A stretch of 63,479 nucleotides of DNA, counting the filler, from Octopus bimaculoides (Eukaryota), in the NCBI RefSeq assembly GCF_001194135.2. It is 8 parts of 8 records of this genome, joined end to end, with 100 filler letters (N's around TTAATTAATTAA, not from the genome) between each part and the next. Parts side by side here need not be neighbours in the genome. Positions count along the whole stretch, not along the records: positions 7,697 to 36,286 come from NC_068982.1; 7 more parts are not named here. The stretch is one strand, 5' to 3'. The position numbers and the translations under genes were made by a program. This document shows positions 12,851 through 26,545 of the stretch, piece by piece (position 1 is the first letter of the stretch; each line of letters opens with the position of its first letter). A model generated the notes under the pieces. That model was not told where the DNA came from and ran no database searches. It worked only from the letters and a program-made list of their open reading frames with translations.

Positions 12851-14289
12851 GAAGAAATCATTCTCAATGGTTGCGTTTCAATGTAATTATTAAAATCTGA
12901 TTTCAGTGTCATCCTATGATAATTTTCAGGAGGCAGATAAGGTTGAATATGAAATGTGTTCGCAAATAGATTCATTTTCTTTGAAATGAAGAGTCACAGT
13001 TTCAATGATATTAATATTTTAACTGTTAATGTAGTGTAATAATTCTTTCGGACTCTGACATTTTCTTTTCTTATGTGTGATTTCATCGAGTTCAGTGCAG
13101 TGTATGAATATCCTGCTTGAAACTTGCTCATAATTTTATGTAGCTACAATAAACAGATTTTAAAGAAAGTGCCAATTATTAAAAATTAAATAGCTGTAAA
13201 TTGGAGGCGTGTTGTTAATGCAGTTAGTCTGAAAGACGTGTGGACATTTTGAGTTCGATGAAAGAACGTTTATATTAATAGAATGTAGATAGATTTCGAT
13301 TAGATTTATCATCTGATATCATATTATAGGTAAAATAATAAAAGATAGTGGTACAATTCAAACAGGGACAATAAAACAAGCTACTACAGTGATGATATCA
13401 ATTATTAAGAAAATAAAGATTTATTTCATTTTTATGTAATGAATCTTCACAGATACTATTTGATACACATAGGAAATGTCTAAATAATTATGTTTCTTTC
13501 TTTTTTGTTATGTAAAAGTGGTGAATTTAGTTTGAAAACAATAAACGAGTAATAACTTGTTTTGCACAAATCCTATAACACTGTTTCGATTTTTATTGTT
13601 TCAAAATACTTTACAAATAAACAAAACTCAAATTATACACCGGGTCTTGTGAAATCTGACGAATAAATTTAGCACTTCGTTATCGTTTCGTATTCTGTCT
13701 GATCTCTTATAACACACATTCATACAGCAAGTGTGATGTTCACAAAAATTTAATGAATAACACATCTCACTTCAACAGCGACATTTTATAGGCTCCCTCT
13801 GTAACGCTAGCAGCCAGATATGTTATTTCTCATAAATCTGCTCTAATGCATTATATAATGTGAGACATAAAGCGTGTTCTGTTCTATTCACGAGGTACAC
13901 AAACATCCTCAACATTTTACTAGTTGGATATATTTTACAGGATATTTCCCCTTGGCCTTTAATGCTTCTCTGTTCAGCACTATTGATATTATGAAATGAA
14001 ATGTAATTGTATACCGCTAAACAGAGCAAAAAAGTTAGATCCACTTGCTAAGTAAACAAAAGTGGTAATGCTTCTGTTTTCTTTTTGCTGTAAAGATAAA
14101 TCAATTTAGAAATATATTACACTACAATTGCATTTAAAATTACCAAACTAAATTTTTAAAATGCTATACGCTATGAAGCAATTGGTACCATAATATAATT
14201 ATCAAGTGTAACTTAATTCACAATTGCATAGCTAATTCAAAGATTTCATTCAATATATAAGTATAGGATTGAAATTATCACGAAGATAT

Positions 14290-15010
14290 TCTCCTTCTTC
14301 TTCTTCTTCTCTTCTTCTTCTTCTTCTTCTTCTTCTTCTTCTTCTTCTTCTTCTTCTTCTTCTTCTTCTTCTTCTTCTTCCTCTTTCACTTATTTCACTT
14401 CTTTCACTTCTTTCGCTTCCTCTTTCTCTTCTTTCGCTCCTTCATTCTCTTCATTTTTTCCCTTCTTTTTCTTCCTCTTTTCTTTTTCTTCTTTTTTTTA
14501 TTCCTTTTATTCTTTCTCTTCTTCTTTCGCTTCTTCTTTTTTCACTTCTTCTACCTCTTCCTTCACTTCTTCTTCTTCTTTTTTCACTTCTTCTCCTTCT
14601 TCTTCTTCTTCTTCTTCTTCTTCTTCTTCTTCTTCTTCTTCTTCTTCTTCTTCTTCTTCTTTCACTTCTTCTTCTCCTTTCACTTCTTCTTCTCCTTTCA
14701 CTTCTTCTTTCTCGTCTTCTTCTTCGTATTCTTTCTCTTCTTATTCTTTTGCTTCTTCTTTCTTCTCTTCGTCTTTCTCTTGTATTTCTTTCTATTTTTT
14801 CCCTTCCTTCTCTTTTTGCTGTTGTTCTTCTTTTGTTCTTTCTTGTCTACTACTACTTTTTTATCTTCTTGTTCTTCTTTTTCTTCTTCCTCCTTTTCCT
14901 TCTTCTTCGTTTCTTCTACTTCTCCTTCTCCTTCTTCTTCTTTTTCTTCTTCTTCTTATTATTTTTCTTCTTCTTCTTCTTCTTCTTCTTTTCCTCATTA
15001 TATTTATTAT
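14290..15010. repeat. Large (TTC)n-based low-complexity array
   Basis: Pure and degenerate TTC/TCT repeats over ~720 bp. Confidence 0.95.
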
Positions 15011-15011
15011 T

Positions 15012-16500
15012 GAGTGAGAGAGCAGTGGATGCCATCAAAGTGACACTGGGGTAAAATATACGAAGCCCAGTATACCCATCATGACTACCCGTCTGATAAG
15101 GGTACACCAGGCACATGCATCACAACCATATGTACGCGGCATGGTGATCTCATATCAAGATTCTTTTTTGTTGCTCCTTATCTTCTTCCAGATCTCTTCC
15201 ATGTCCCCATACGTATGTCTCTCCTTTATTTCTGTCTTACTTTTGCCAATTTACCTATGGATCTTCTATGCATCCGTCATGAATATCTTGTTTTGTCGAT
15301 AAAATTTGATTCTTTTCTAATACATTCTATGCCGTTGGGCTTTTAGTTGTATTCAATTGTTCCTTGGTTGCAGGAAGGTTTATAAAATCTTTGATTTCAT
15401 CTTTTTGCTTGATTTTCTAGCTCGTTTCGTTTTAACATTCACTCCTCTTGCAAGTTCATCGAGAACTGATACATCCATCCTCGGAGATTCAATCATTTTT
15501 TTATTGTTACTTTCCACTTAGAAGGTTTATTGACATGGTTTGTCCTTTTCTGTGCCGTCCTGATACTTAGTTGAGCAGTTACAACTAAAGCAGTGGAGTA
15601 GATGTGGTTATTTAAGGTTGTTAGGTCATTTACCTTATTACTTAAGATCTAAGAACAAGTATATTTCATAACCATGTTGTTTTTCATGTTGCTTGAGAAC
15701 TTTGCTACTGGTTCTCTGTTAGTGATGTCAGCGGACTCAGTCTTGCTGAGTTCTCTGATAATATATTCTTTTCCTTCTATGATCTTCACTTGCATACAAT
15801 ACCTGATGTAATGAAAATGATATAAACTCATTTACCATGTATTTAATTGGGGGAAATAGTAGAGACAATAATTCAGTTAAAGTATATGGAAAACATTATT
15901 TCTAAATGAAATATGTAACAGTACAATGGACAAATGGAATCTAATATTTTTGGTTTGCATCTAAATTTTCAGTAAATAACATATTGCAAATATATCAATA
16001 TTTGCGATTCTGTTCCTAATGATATCATGAATGTAACTTATCCTATGTAATCTTTCTGCGCAAGGTTTTAACAAGCACTAACAATGTATGTCATACTTTC
16101 GACCCTCTAACGACACATTCTGCAGAGGTTCGTTGTACTTGTGTTTTATATATATATATCCCTTTTCACTGAGTTGGTATTCAATGCCTGATGCTGGGTA
16201 GTGATGATTAGGCTTTCAGCATTCTTTTTCGTTTAACCTTGCTGAGCATCCTCCATGATGCTGCCTGCTCTTTTAAGTTGCTAATGTCACGTTGGAGCTG
16301 ACCATGTAATTCTATGCAGAGTAGGGATTCTTCTTTCTCTTTGGTTATCTGTGATCGGAATTCATGAGTTCTCTGAAGCCCATTTTTGGTAAATCTATCT
16401 GCGTTAGCAGCATGCTGTAGCAGGTCGTGTTTGCTGTTTACCAAATATTCTGAAATGTTTCTTATTTTATTGTTGATGAAACCCTGTACGCTACTCATCT
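15012..16500 (-). mobile_element. Dong/R4-clade LINE fragments plus 3' UTR
   Basis: Minus-strand peptides VNDLTTLNNHIYSTALVV, EEIWKKIRSNKKES and ELHGQLQRDIS..ASWRML (LHGQ..SW motif). The 3' UTR ends ctctcactc-AATAAT next to the TTC array. Fragment order looks rearranged. Confidence 0.6.
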
Positions 16501-18080
16501 TGGGTCAGCCTTTATACCTCTTTATGTAGAGCCTGTGCACGTTCGCCTTAGTGTTGTTTGGCACCATGAATTGTCATCCACTTTCGGGTAGTACGAACGA
16601 GTTAGTTAATCTCCGTTCGTGTCCATTTCAGGATGAGTGCACTTGAGTGGACTACATCAACAGCCCATATGTGGATGGCAGTCAAAACGTTGCTTGAGTT
16701 GAGTTTTAATCTAAGGTGAAGTTTGAGGCGCTTCAAGTATGCAATGGTGACATTTTCCTTTTGACCTATAATTTTCCTTTTGATCTATCATTTTCGTTTT
16801 TACCTCTACCTACCTACCTACCTACCTACCTACCTACCTACCTACCTACCTGTCTGCCTGCCTACCTACCTACCTACATACATACATACATACATGCATA
16901 CATAAACACATGCGTGCATTCATACATGCATGCATAACACACACACACTCACACACACTCTCTCACACACACACACATACGCATATATAGTTGACAATAT
17001 GGGTGTATAAATTTGTATGTGTTGTGTCGACGCCCGCAGACGACGATGTAGGCTAGCCCAACACGTAGATATAGAGGGAGAAGTCTAGACGTCGGGTTAG
17101 TTGAGTAGAGGTCATCCGAACGTGCGATATAACAGTATGATAGAAACGAGCAATGTGAACATTTACAGTCGTTCTCTTCCTTGTAAAAGTTATTATACTG
17201 GTACTTTACTAAAAACTATTGACTAACCATTCAGTTTAATGATAAATTAGTTTTATATATAACGGTATAAAAATAAACATCAATTAATATTTAAATATTA
17301 TGTGCCTGTATGTGTTCGTGAGAGTTTACATAAGCTATGCATACTCACACCCGTTTGATCCAGTTTTTTGATGATATTCTACTTGATGCCCCGATTGTTA
17401 TTCATAAAGATTTAAATATTTGTCCAATTCTACATTGAATATTAATAGAAATATGGCTAATAAGAGAGTCTGTATTACTTGACGCCTCTCTTTCTAAATA
17501 TGATCCGTTAATGACGCAGATTAATTGATTGATAAAAATTATCAGAGAACTTTTATTGAGTTTTCAGTTATAATCTGGCTATTAAAATAAAAGACAGCAG
17601 GGTATATAATAATATTGATTTAGCGTTGTTTACTCGTATAAGCAATTTGTTTGAGCCGCCTTAATATTCGATGTATTACTTGCTTGTTCTCATATCTCTC
17701 CTGATCGTTTTCGTAATTTCTCTTTAATAATCTATATGATAAATAATTTAGAACAATTAAGAGAAGAAATGGTTATTTCTAAATTTTAAAGCTTCTAAAA
17801 TGTATTCCCCATTAGTAATAGAGGTTAATCTGTATAAGCCGAGCGTAAATATATAAAATCTAACGATCAATTCCTAATAATTGTAATTGCTTTAAAGATA
17901 GTTTGCAATATAACGGTGTAGATATATCGCTACGTTTTGAGTAAGCTTGTGTAGTACTAGAATCATGAGCTTCTGTGCGCGCGTCTTTTAAGAAGTGAAT
18001 GTGAGAGGTGTGTTTGTGTGTGTGTGTATGTGTGTGTGTGTGTGTGTACGTGTGTGCGTGTGTCTGTGTGTGTGCGTGCG

Positions 18081-18131
<51 letters not shown>

Positions 18132-19616
18132 TGGATATGTTTATTTCCCGGTACATGACTATATGGATATGACTGTTGAAACAAAAACAAGATTATCTTT
18201 CTTATATATATATATATATATATAAATATATATATGAAGGTAAAGCATACTCAGATTGCTGAGTTTGCATTTTCAATAATTACTGCTGTCGTTCTTTTGA
18301 TCCTGCCAACTCGTATCCTGCAAACATATTTTGAGAAGTACATTAACCATTGAGATTTTCGTGCTTAAATTATTGGATCTAAATTAGTTAACTACTGGTT
18401 ATGAATTAATTAACTATTGCTGATCATGTAGAGTAGATGTTTTCGTTTTCAGTTTAGCTGACAATATTGAAACTTATTTCACTGTTAAATACATGTTATG
18501 TTTGTAAATAAAATAACATATGTAATTACATTTATATTTAAAATTAATATGTACTGAAATAACGTATCAGCTATTCTTATTTCTTGTTATATTTAGAATT
18601 ACAAATAGAAGTTTTCTCAATATTTCTACTGTGGTCATACATTTTAGGAAGCGAATTTATATTTTGAAAATATACTTCAGAACATCAGTTTCAATATTGT
18701 GATACAATCTGTTTTTCAATGTTCTTGTTTTTAAGCTTGTATGGTAAAACGTATGCTGCAACACAATATAAATAACAATTATATTATTACTATCTTGCAG
18801 AATTAAATGGGTAATCTGTAATAATTGGAATATTTAATATAATTTATAAAAACTATTGTAGCTACAAACCATTTACGTCGTTTTGAGATTAAATTTATCA
18901 AGGACATTAGAAAAATATGAAATTTTATACGTTAAGATGAGCTATTCTCATATCTGTGATTCAAGCTCTGATTTATTACGCTATCTAAATTGTCTATTTT
19001 CTTTTTCAATAGTTTTCACTAAGAGAGCCTTTAGAATGAACACGTTTATTATTATATGTAGCTAATGCTACACGATATTTTATGATTGTTTAGCTGTATA
19101 TCGGCATCTCTTTGTAAAGCTGCTACGATGCACAAGCATCTACAATGAGATTTTTAATAGTTTGCTGAAGAATAACTACTTTTCAAATTCATTTATTTGG
19201 ACAATATTTAGAAATATATTTAAATGCACAATTTTAAGTTCCTCGTTTTCTGTTCTAAGCATTGTTTTATAAAGAAAGGGAGGAATAAGATAAACTTGAT
19301 TTGCAAAAGTATATAATGATTTTGTTGAATAAATATGGGAATTGCGCAGCAGGGATAGCTGAATGTTTAATACATTTACCGCATAAATGTATAGAACGCA
19401 TACATATACATTTATACATATTTCAATGAATATGAAAACCTATAGAATTTTAGTTGAACACGATTCAAAAATAATTGGCAACGCGACACAATAGTGAGAG
19501 CGCCAGATGAAACGCACTGCTTTATTTATTTATGTACAATATGCTCTGAGTTACAATTACCACTAACATATATTAGGTAGTCGAAAAGTAATTAATTGCC
19601 TTTTATATTATCACAG

Positions 19617-19728
19617 TTTGGCTACTGTAGGATAGGAAGATCTCGTGCAAAGCGCATTCAGTTGCATGTAGACAGGCTAGATCTTCGGTTTGAGGATACC
19701 TTGCATCCTCTCCTGTCTCAGAAATCTG
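19617..19728 (+). CDS. Candidate internal coding exon of an unidentified gene
   Basis: Acceptor ccttttatattatcacag, donor CTG|gtaaaa; open phase 0 to 1: FGYCRIGRSRAKRIQLHVDRLDLRFEDTLHPLLSQKS. GC-richer than its flanks. A minus-strand acceptor also overlaps it. Confidence 0.35.
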
Positions 19729-20299
19729 GTAAAAAGTCAGACATTACTTTAATTTCCTTATTAAAGGATGATTAGCGTAACGGCATAACTCATGTGCGTT
19801 GTATTAAGCGCGATGAATGACCAAAGTGTTGTAATTGTCATGTTGTAACATACGAATTATGCTGGATATCAGTGTGTATTAATTTGGTAGAAATGTTAGA
19901 AAGGTGTATTTCGTTCTCACGCGATTAAAATGAATAGTAGCAATAGCGACTTTGCACAAGGTTTTCCAAACTAGCGAGTGAAAAGTTAAAAGCAAATCGT
20001 TGTCTTATGCTATGTACGATAAGTCATAGAGTGCTCTGGGTAATTGCTGTAATAAAATAGTTACTGGTAAAAAAATATCAAAAATACAGGAAGATAAAAT
20101 AAAGCTGGGTAATGAATTAAAGTTTTACATTCAAAAGGTATGCATTCCACAACATGCTTCGCAAACCAGAATAACATAGTCAGAGTCGGTGCGTGACCTG
20201 CGTATTCATATAAGCAATGATGCAACATTCTATGCGCATATTACCAAGATGGAAACACTGTGCAGACGAGTGACTGGATGGATCCCGAGTACATTCTGA

Positions 20300-20945
20300 A
20301 CGAAACAGGAAAAGGAGGCCCTACTACTGCTATGGAAGACTTTCGTTCTCAGCGCTTGGAATACTGCTCCCAACTATGGTCCCCAGAGAGGGTGAAACAA
20401 ACTGTGGAACACGAAGCAACCCATGCCCAATAAACAACGAAGATTGACTCGATGCAAAAGATGAACTACTGGGAGAGGCTAAATGCGCTAAGTCTATATT
20501 CCCTGGAGAGAATGCGAGAGAGGTATGCAGTGATGCATGTTTGGAAGATCTTGGAGAGATTAGCTTCCAATTTTGGAATGTACAGCTATACCAATCCTCG
20601 AACTGGACGGCACTGTAACATACCAAAGATTCCGTCTTCCCCATATTAAATAAGGACAAATTACTGCAATAGTCTGGATTTCAAGGGCCCGTACTTGTTC
20701 AACATCCTTCCAGGCAACCTTAGAGATCTACATGCTGTTGATGTGGAAGTTTTCAAGGAACATCTAGACAGGTTTCTATCTGAGATACCAGATGAACCCA
20801 CATCGCTTCAGGAAACACAAGGAAGGGCAGCTCTGTCCATCTGGTTACTTCACCAAAAACAATACCGGAAAAACGCACCGAGTAGGTACAGGTGGTGCAC
20901 CAGCATGACATCAGTTCTGGGCTGAAAAAAGTGAAAGATAAACGA
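20300..20945 (+). mobile_element. CR1-type LINE, 3' end of ORF2 (decayed)
   Basis: Peptides LEYCSQLWSP, MNYWERLNALSLYSLERMRERYAVMHVWKIL and FNILPGNLRDLH..FKEHLDRFLSEIPDEP across frameshifts/stops, followed by the tail ggtggtgcaccagcatg..ctgaaa. Confidence 0.8.
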
Positions 20946-23191
20946 TAAAATATAAATATGTATGTATATGTTTGTGTGTCTGTGTTTGTCCCACCACCTT
21001 CGCATGTCAACAGATGTTGGCCTGTTTACGTCCCCATAACTTAGCGGTTCGGCAAAAATGAACGATACAATAAGTACTAGGCATGCAAAGAATAAGTCCC
21101 GGGTTGATTTGTTCGTCGAAAGTCGGTGATCCTGCATGGCCGCAGTCAAATATCTGAAACAAATAAAAGAATGAAAAGAAAAGAATAAAAAGAATAGAGA
21201 CACATACATGTGTGTGTGTGTGTGTGTATTTATGTATTTATGGTTATATATGTGTATGTGTGTTTATGCGTATAACACATCTACAAATATATTTTATTTT
21301 CGATTTCTTTTCCACTACCACCCATTTTTACCTCGTTATTGAAACGACGTCAGTATTACTGATAAAGAGAAACATTGCAAAATAAGAAGATGTAACCTAG
21401 TTTTATATTCCATTGATATTACAATTCGTCTTCATCTTGGTATTTATATATTTTGTCTTTCCTTTCTTTGTTTTTTACTATATTTATTATAACAAACTCC
21501 GCTGAGGTGCTGTATTGTCCCTTTTCTTACAAGTACACACTATCATGTAAATATGTGTTTCTGAGTGAGTGTGTGGTGTGCCTGTGTGTTTGTGAGTGTT
21601 TGTGTGTGTGTATGTTTGTGTGTTTCTGTGTGTGTTTGCGTGTGTACGTGTGTGTGTGTGTGTGTGTGTGTGGGAGTGTGTGCGTTTGCGTTGATATTTC
21701 ATTTAAACAAGTATAAAATGTGTTTCTATCTCGTTTTTCCTGCTTCTTTTCCATACCACCTTATAATTCCTTCCATTCTCTCATCCTTTCCTCTCCTCCG
21801 ATACTTGCTAACTGAAATCTATTGTCATGTTTAGCCACCCTCATCGGTGTACACTTCTGTTTCCTCTCAAGACAAATGCCCTCATTCTAACACTTTCATT
21901 TTCCCGCGCCAAACACACGGAAGTTAGTCTTTGTTTTTGATTTTTTTTTCTTATTCTAGTTGTAAAATACTTATATATATATACATAATTTTTTACATCT
22001 TGTTTCTTGTCTTAGTCGAGTTGGTCCATACACATTTTCATGGCTTTCCTGTTGCCTTCTCGTTATCTGTTCTGTTCTACTTAACCATTTGATAATGATT
22101 TTATGTCTCCTTCCCACAAAATATTTAGGCATATTCACTTCATTTCGTCTTTGTCTCTTCTTCATGGAATCAATTATGAACTTTCTTTCACACTTGATGT
22201 AAAACAAACTAAGCAATACAATATTCAATGCTGGTTTGTTTGGTTAACTGATGAACATTTGTTCTATATATATTCTTCATGTTTGTGCTATTCCCTTTAT
22301 ACTTTTAAAATATTATTTAATTGCTTTTTTAACTAATTTAATAACGTGCGGTATAAATCTTAGGAAGGAATTGCAAACAAATAATTTTTAACAATTTTGC
22401 GAAAATATTTTGTATATTTATCCTCATTCTACCTGATAAAATTTATTTCCTAGTCGTTTTCTATTCTACCAATAATAAAGGATCCTTCACTCAACAGAAT
22501 TCATAATCATTTTTCTATAGATCTAGAAACATGATAATTATTTCTCATTTTAATTCATCGTAAATTTCCCTGCAAATTAGCTTTAGAGCAGTCTTCGCTC
22601 ATTGATGTTTACCTCATATAATTGTGAAGGCTCCTTCTAATATTTTTACCTGATTTACCTGATAAACCATATTGAGTGATATACACGCACGTCTAACAAA
22701 ATATTTTAATTTAATACATATATATCATACATGTGCGTGCGTGTGTGTGTGTGTGTATGTGTGTGTGTGTGTGTGTGCGTTTGTGTCTTGTGTGTGTGTA
22801 CGTGTGTATATGTGTGTGTGTGCGTAAGATCATGTGTGAAGATGCGTATTGCTCTTGCGATCGCTAGTTTGTGGGTCCGATACCCAGCCCGGGCGTCCCG
22901 CTGGTTTCTCGAATAAAAAACATCATTTCATGTTGCTCTACTTTCATTTTGACATCTTACATGTGAAACCCTTTTGTACCCGTACAGGTAATTTCGATTT
23001 CATGGAGGGTGTGATCTAAGGTACAACCCATGCATTTGATTTTTATAAACAAATCATTTGTGCAATGGCGTTTAGTTTTGATGTGAGCGAGAGAGAAATG
23101 GCGTCAGTAATCAAAATATATATAACTTACTTGGAAATGGATGCGTGGCGTTCGATCGATCATATAATATATATATATATATAGTCTATTC

Positions 23192-23575
23192 GTTTACTTA
23201 TTTCAGTCATTGGACTGCAGCCATGCTGGAGCACCGCCTTTTAATCGAAGAAATTCACCCTTGGACCTATTCTTTGTGAACCTGGTACCCATTCTATCGG
23301 TCTCTCCTGCTAAGTTACGGGGACGTAAACACACAAACATCGGTTTTCAAGCGATGTTGCAGAGACAAACATGGACACAAAGACACTCACATACATACAT
23401 ACATACGTATATATACGACGGACTTCTTTGAGTTTCTGTCTATCAAATCCACTCATAAGGCTTTGGTCGGTCCGAGGTTATAGAAGATGACACTTGCTCA
23501 AGGCACCTTGTAGTGGGACTGAACACGGAAACAAGTGGTTGGGAAGCAAACGTCTTACCACACAGCCACTCATAT
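23192..23575 (-). mobile_element. SINE family A, near full-length
   Basis: Tail, core and head all recognisable. Confidence 0.8.
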
Positions 23576-25385
23576 CAAAAAGGTATAGCATATAGGAACA
23601 AAAACTTAATTTAACGAAACCATGATTTATTCAATCAGTTGCGTTTGCTTACTTCTGACAGAAGCATTCTATATAGAAATAGAAGCCATTGTTTCAGTAA
23701 ACATCAATAATGGTCATGGCTTACTAAATTTACATACTGGCATATAATTCTGTGCACTATTAACAAATTTATGGAACTGTAAATATAGACTTAATAATTA
23801 TGCAACATTTCAGATTAAATCTATAATTAATGTAAGCAATAGTGTGTTTGTGTTAGAAAGAAACAATAAAGAATATTTTTGGTACTAGATTACATGTAAC
23901 TTCTACGAGAAATAATAGTTACTAACATTTTAGGCACATGTCATATATCGAGAACGAGAATGGAGCTAGTTTCGTGTGTTAGTTTTCAAAGGGTAATGGA
24001 GAAGGTAGTAAAAAGGATGTAAAATTTCTGAACAGAGAAGAGCGGAGATAGACTGTCGGTATGCGTAGCATGAGGGTGATGTGCTCACAGCGTGGATAAG
24101 TGAGTATCAGTGAGCGTGGGGTTATATATAAGTCTGAATGTATGAGTTTGTGATTTTGTGGAGCGAGGAGTGTGAGTACGTCTATATATGATAGTGCTTG
24201 GATTAGAGTAAATATAAAGAATTGTTCCTACGGCGGCGAAGAACATGTCCAGTTTGAAAATAATTCTTTCTTTCGTAAATCACTTACTGCAATGATAACC
24301 ATGTTAAGTGTCAAGCTGTTTCAGTTATATGAATTAATTGTCAGTTAATGAAAAATAAAATAAAATATTTCGTGCTGTAGACAGCGTTGACGGAAATTCG
24401 AATCGGAGACGATATTAATTGTGAATTTGTGATGAGGAGATAAAAAAACATATGTTGTAAAACGACTGAGAATAGGTAGGAGAGCCAGCTTAGATGTGAT
24501 TGATGTTGAAGAAACTAATCACCAGTGGGGTGCATAGGATGCAGTCCTCCCTCACGAAGTAAAAATGTAAGTGAAAGGTGGGTAGAAAGAAAAAAGTAAA
24601 AATCACAGATGATACGTTTACGAAGACTATAAAGTAAAGGTAGGATGGAAATTAAAGATGATGTGATACGGTTAGTTGTCGCTTTATTGGCTGGTAGTAC
24701 AGGAGTGGAGAAATGCAGTCATTTTGTTCGTTCCGAACTTATATTTACTTTCATTTTGATTACAACACCTATGGTTTAATATCCAGAACAAAGAGAGTAG
24801 TTACCTTCTTTCCTGATGATTCCACATGACACTTGTATTATCCACCTTACACATCTCGAAATATATTGACTAAACTATTTTAGGGAAGCTTAATCAGATA
24901 GCATAATTTGTCTGAATATATTTACGAATGTTTAAAATTAGATATTCGTAAGATGGATACCAATGTTGCCTTGTATTACCAGCATTGTTGCAGATAAGAA
25001 TATTCGTCCTGTTCCATATTGTTTTTTTTTTCTTAAGGCGGTCTAATAAGGCAGAAACATATTCCTAGTTAACACCCATGCTTGTTACATAACAAATTAT
25101 CCTTCTCTGTAACACATTCACCTGCAACACTTCAACTCCTCTCATTATGATTTATTTGATTTTTTGTTTTATTTTGTTTAATTAAACATCGTTCAGCAAT
25201 ATTTACTTTGTTATGGTGTTGTACACTTCATATAAAGTTATCCTGCTGTTTACATTAAGTATGATAGTATCGTTATGAACAGATATAAATACAAAGTTAC
25301 ATTCATTTATTTAATATATNNNNNNNNNNNNNNNNNNNNNNNNNNNNNNNNNNATCAAAATAAGCAACAAGAATATCCAGAGATA

Positions 25386-25475
25386 ATGCAGTACGACCGT
25401 TTCATGCGACTCTATTTAACTGAACAATGTAAACATTACATCAAATATAAGATGTAGAGCAATCTTCAGCTGCAC
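25386..25475 (-). ncRNA. Minimal type-I hammerhead ribozyme motif (CUGAAGA core, long loop II)
   Basis: Minus strand: GTGCAG-CTGAAGA-TTGCTCTA..~40 nt..TAGAGTCGCAT-GAAA-CGGTCG-T-A-CTGCAT. Helix I 5-6 bp, helix III ACGGUCGU self-complementary with G-U pairs, GUA triplet. Confidence 0.65.
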
Positions 25476-26239
25476 AAAGACGTAGAAATTTAAAAATTTA
25501 ATGAAATTAAATTTGAACAGAAGGACATATTTCTATAATTAAATCTAAACTCTCCAAGTAGAAAGGGGGAATACAAAACAAAAAAATAAACATTTTGACT
25601 TAGCCAGACCATACAAGCTAGTAAATAAACATTCTAAGCAGATTTTAACTGTCACTGATTTTATTTGTTTTGGGGGGTTCTGATTTATGGACTATCTTAT
25701 CAGACTTATAGATTCAAAGCTTAATAGAACAATGGCATTTCCTTTTTAGGGTAAGGGGTAAACAGTATAGACAGTAAACATGGATGATATAGTTATAAAA
25801 TTGCTTAGGGTTCGGCGACAAACTACTATAGTGGGATTCTCTACTAGCAGACCAGTATAAAATGAAATAGGAGACGTCTTATCATATAGCACCTAGGCCA
25901 AACGTATATAAAAATAAAGTTTCTATATAGTATACAGATACAGTAAATAGTTATTCATAGTTTTCATTAATAAGAATAATATATCAGTATCGTGTTACAT
26001 ATGCTAAGTTTGAATTACTTGAGATATCAATATTTGCTTAATTAATATGTGAATAAATAAAGGCTAATTATAAATTAAATAATGAAATAAAATGAAATAG
26101 TGTATAATAATGTAAATAATCAATTAAGACAGTATGCAAAAACAATGAGGTGGCATTAATTTAAAATGATATGGTAAAGTACATTTAGACTTATTTACAT
26201 CAATATAAAAGACCCAGAGATAAGATGTGATATTAACAT

Positions 26240-26545
26240 TTTTATATAAACTTGTCCACAGCTCTTCGATATCCTCCCGAAAGATCTCAGAGACCTGCAT
26301 GGGCTGGATGGAGGTACCTTCAAAATAAAGCTGGACCTCTTCCTGTCAAGTGTCCCAGATGAACCAACTTCGCGGCAGGGGGTGCAGATGAGGGCAGCTG
26401 CAACAAACTCTCTCACGCACCAAATGGGAATTCCTGAAAATCAATCGTGTAGTACAATTATTTAGCAACACCAAACGGCGGTGCCCCAGCATGGCCACAG
26501 CTCATGAGCTGAAACAAGATAAAATGAAAAATGAAAATGAAATGA
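26240..26545 (+). mobile_element. CR1-type LINE, 5'-truncated 3' end
   Basis: QLFDILPKDLRDLHGLDGGTFKIKLDLFLSSVPDEPTSRQGVQMRAAATNSLTHQM, homologous to 20695-20850; tail ggcggtgccccagcatggccacagc..ctgaaacaag followed by (TGAAA)-like repeats. Confidence 0.8.

Noticed and set aside
14269-15054. 261-aa Leu/Ser/Phe ORF
   Set aside because: Translation of the (TTC)n array.
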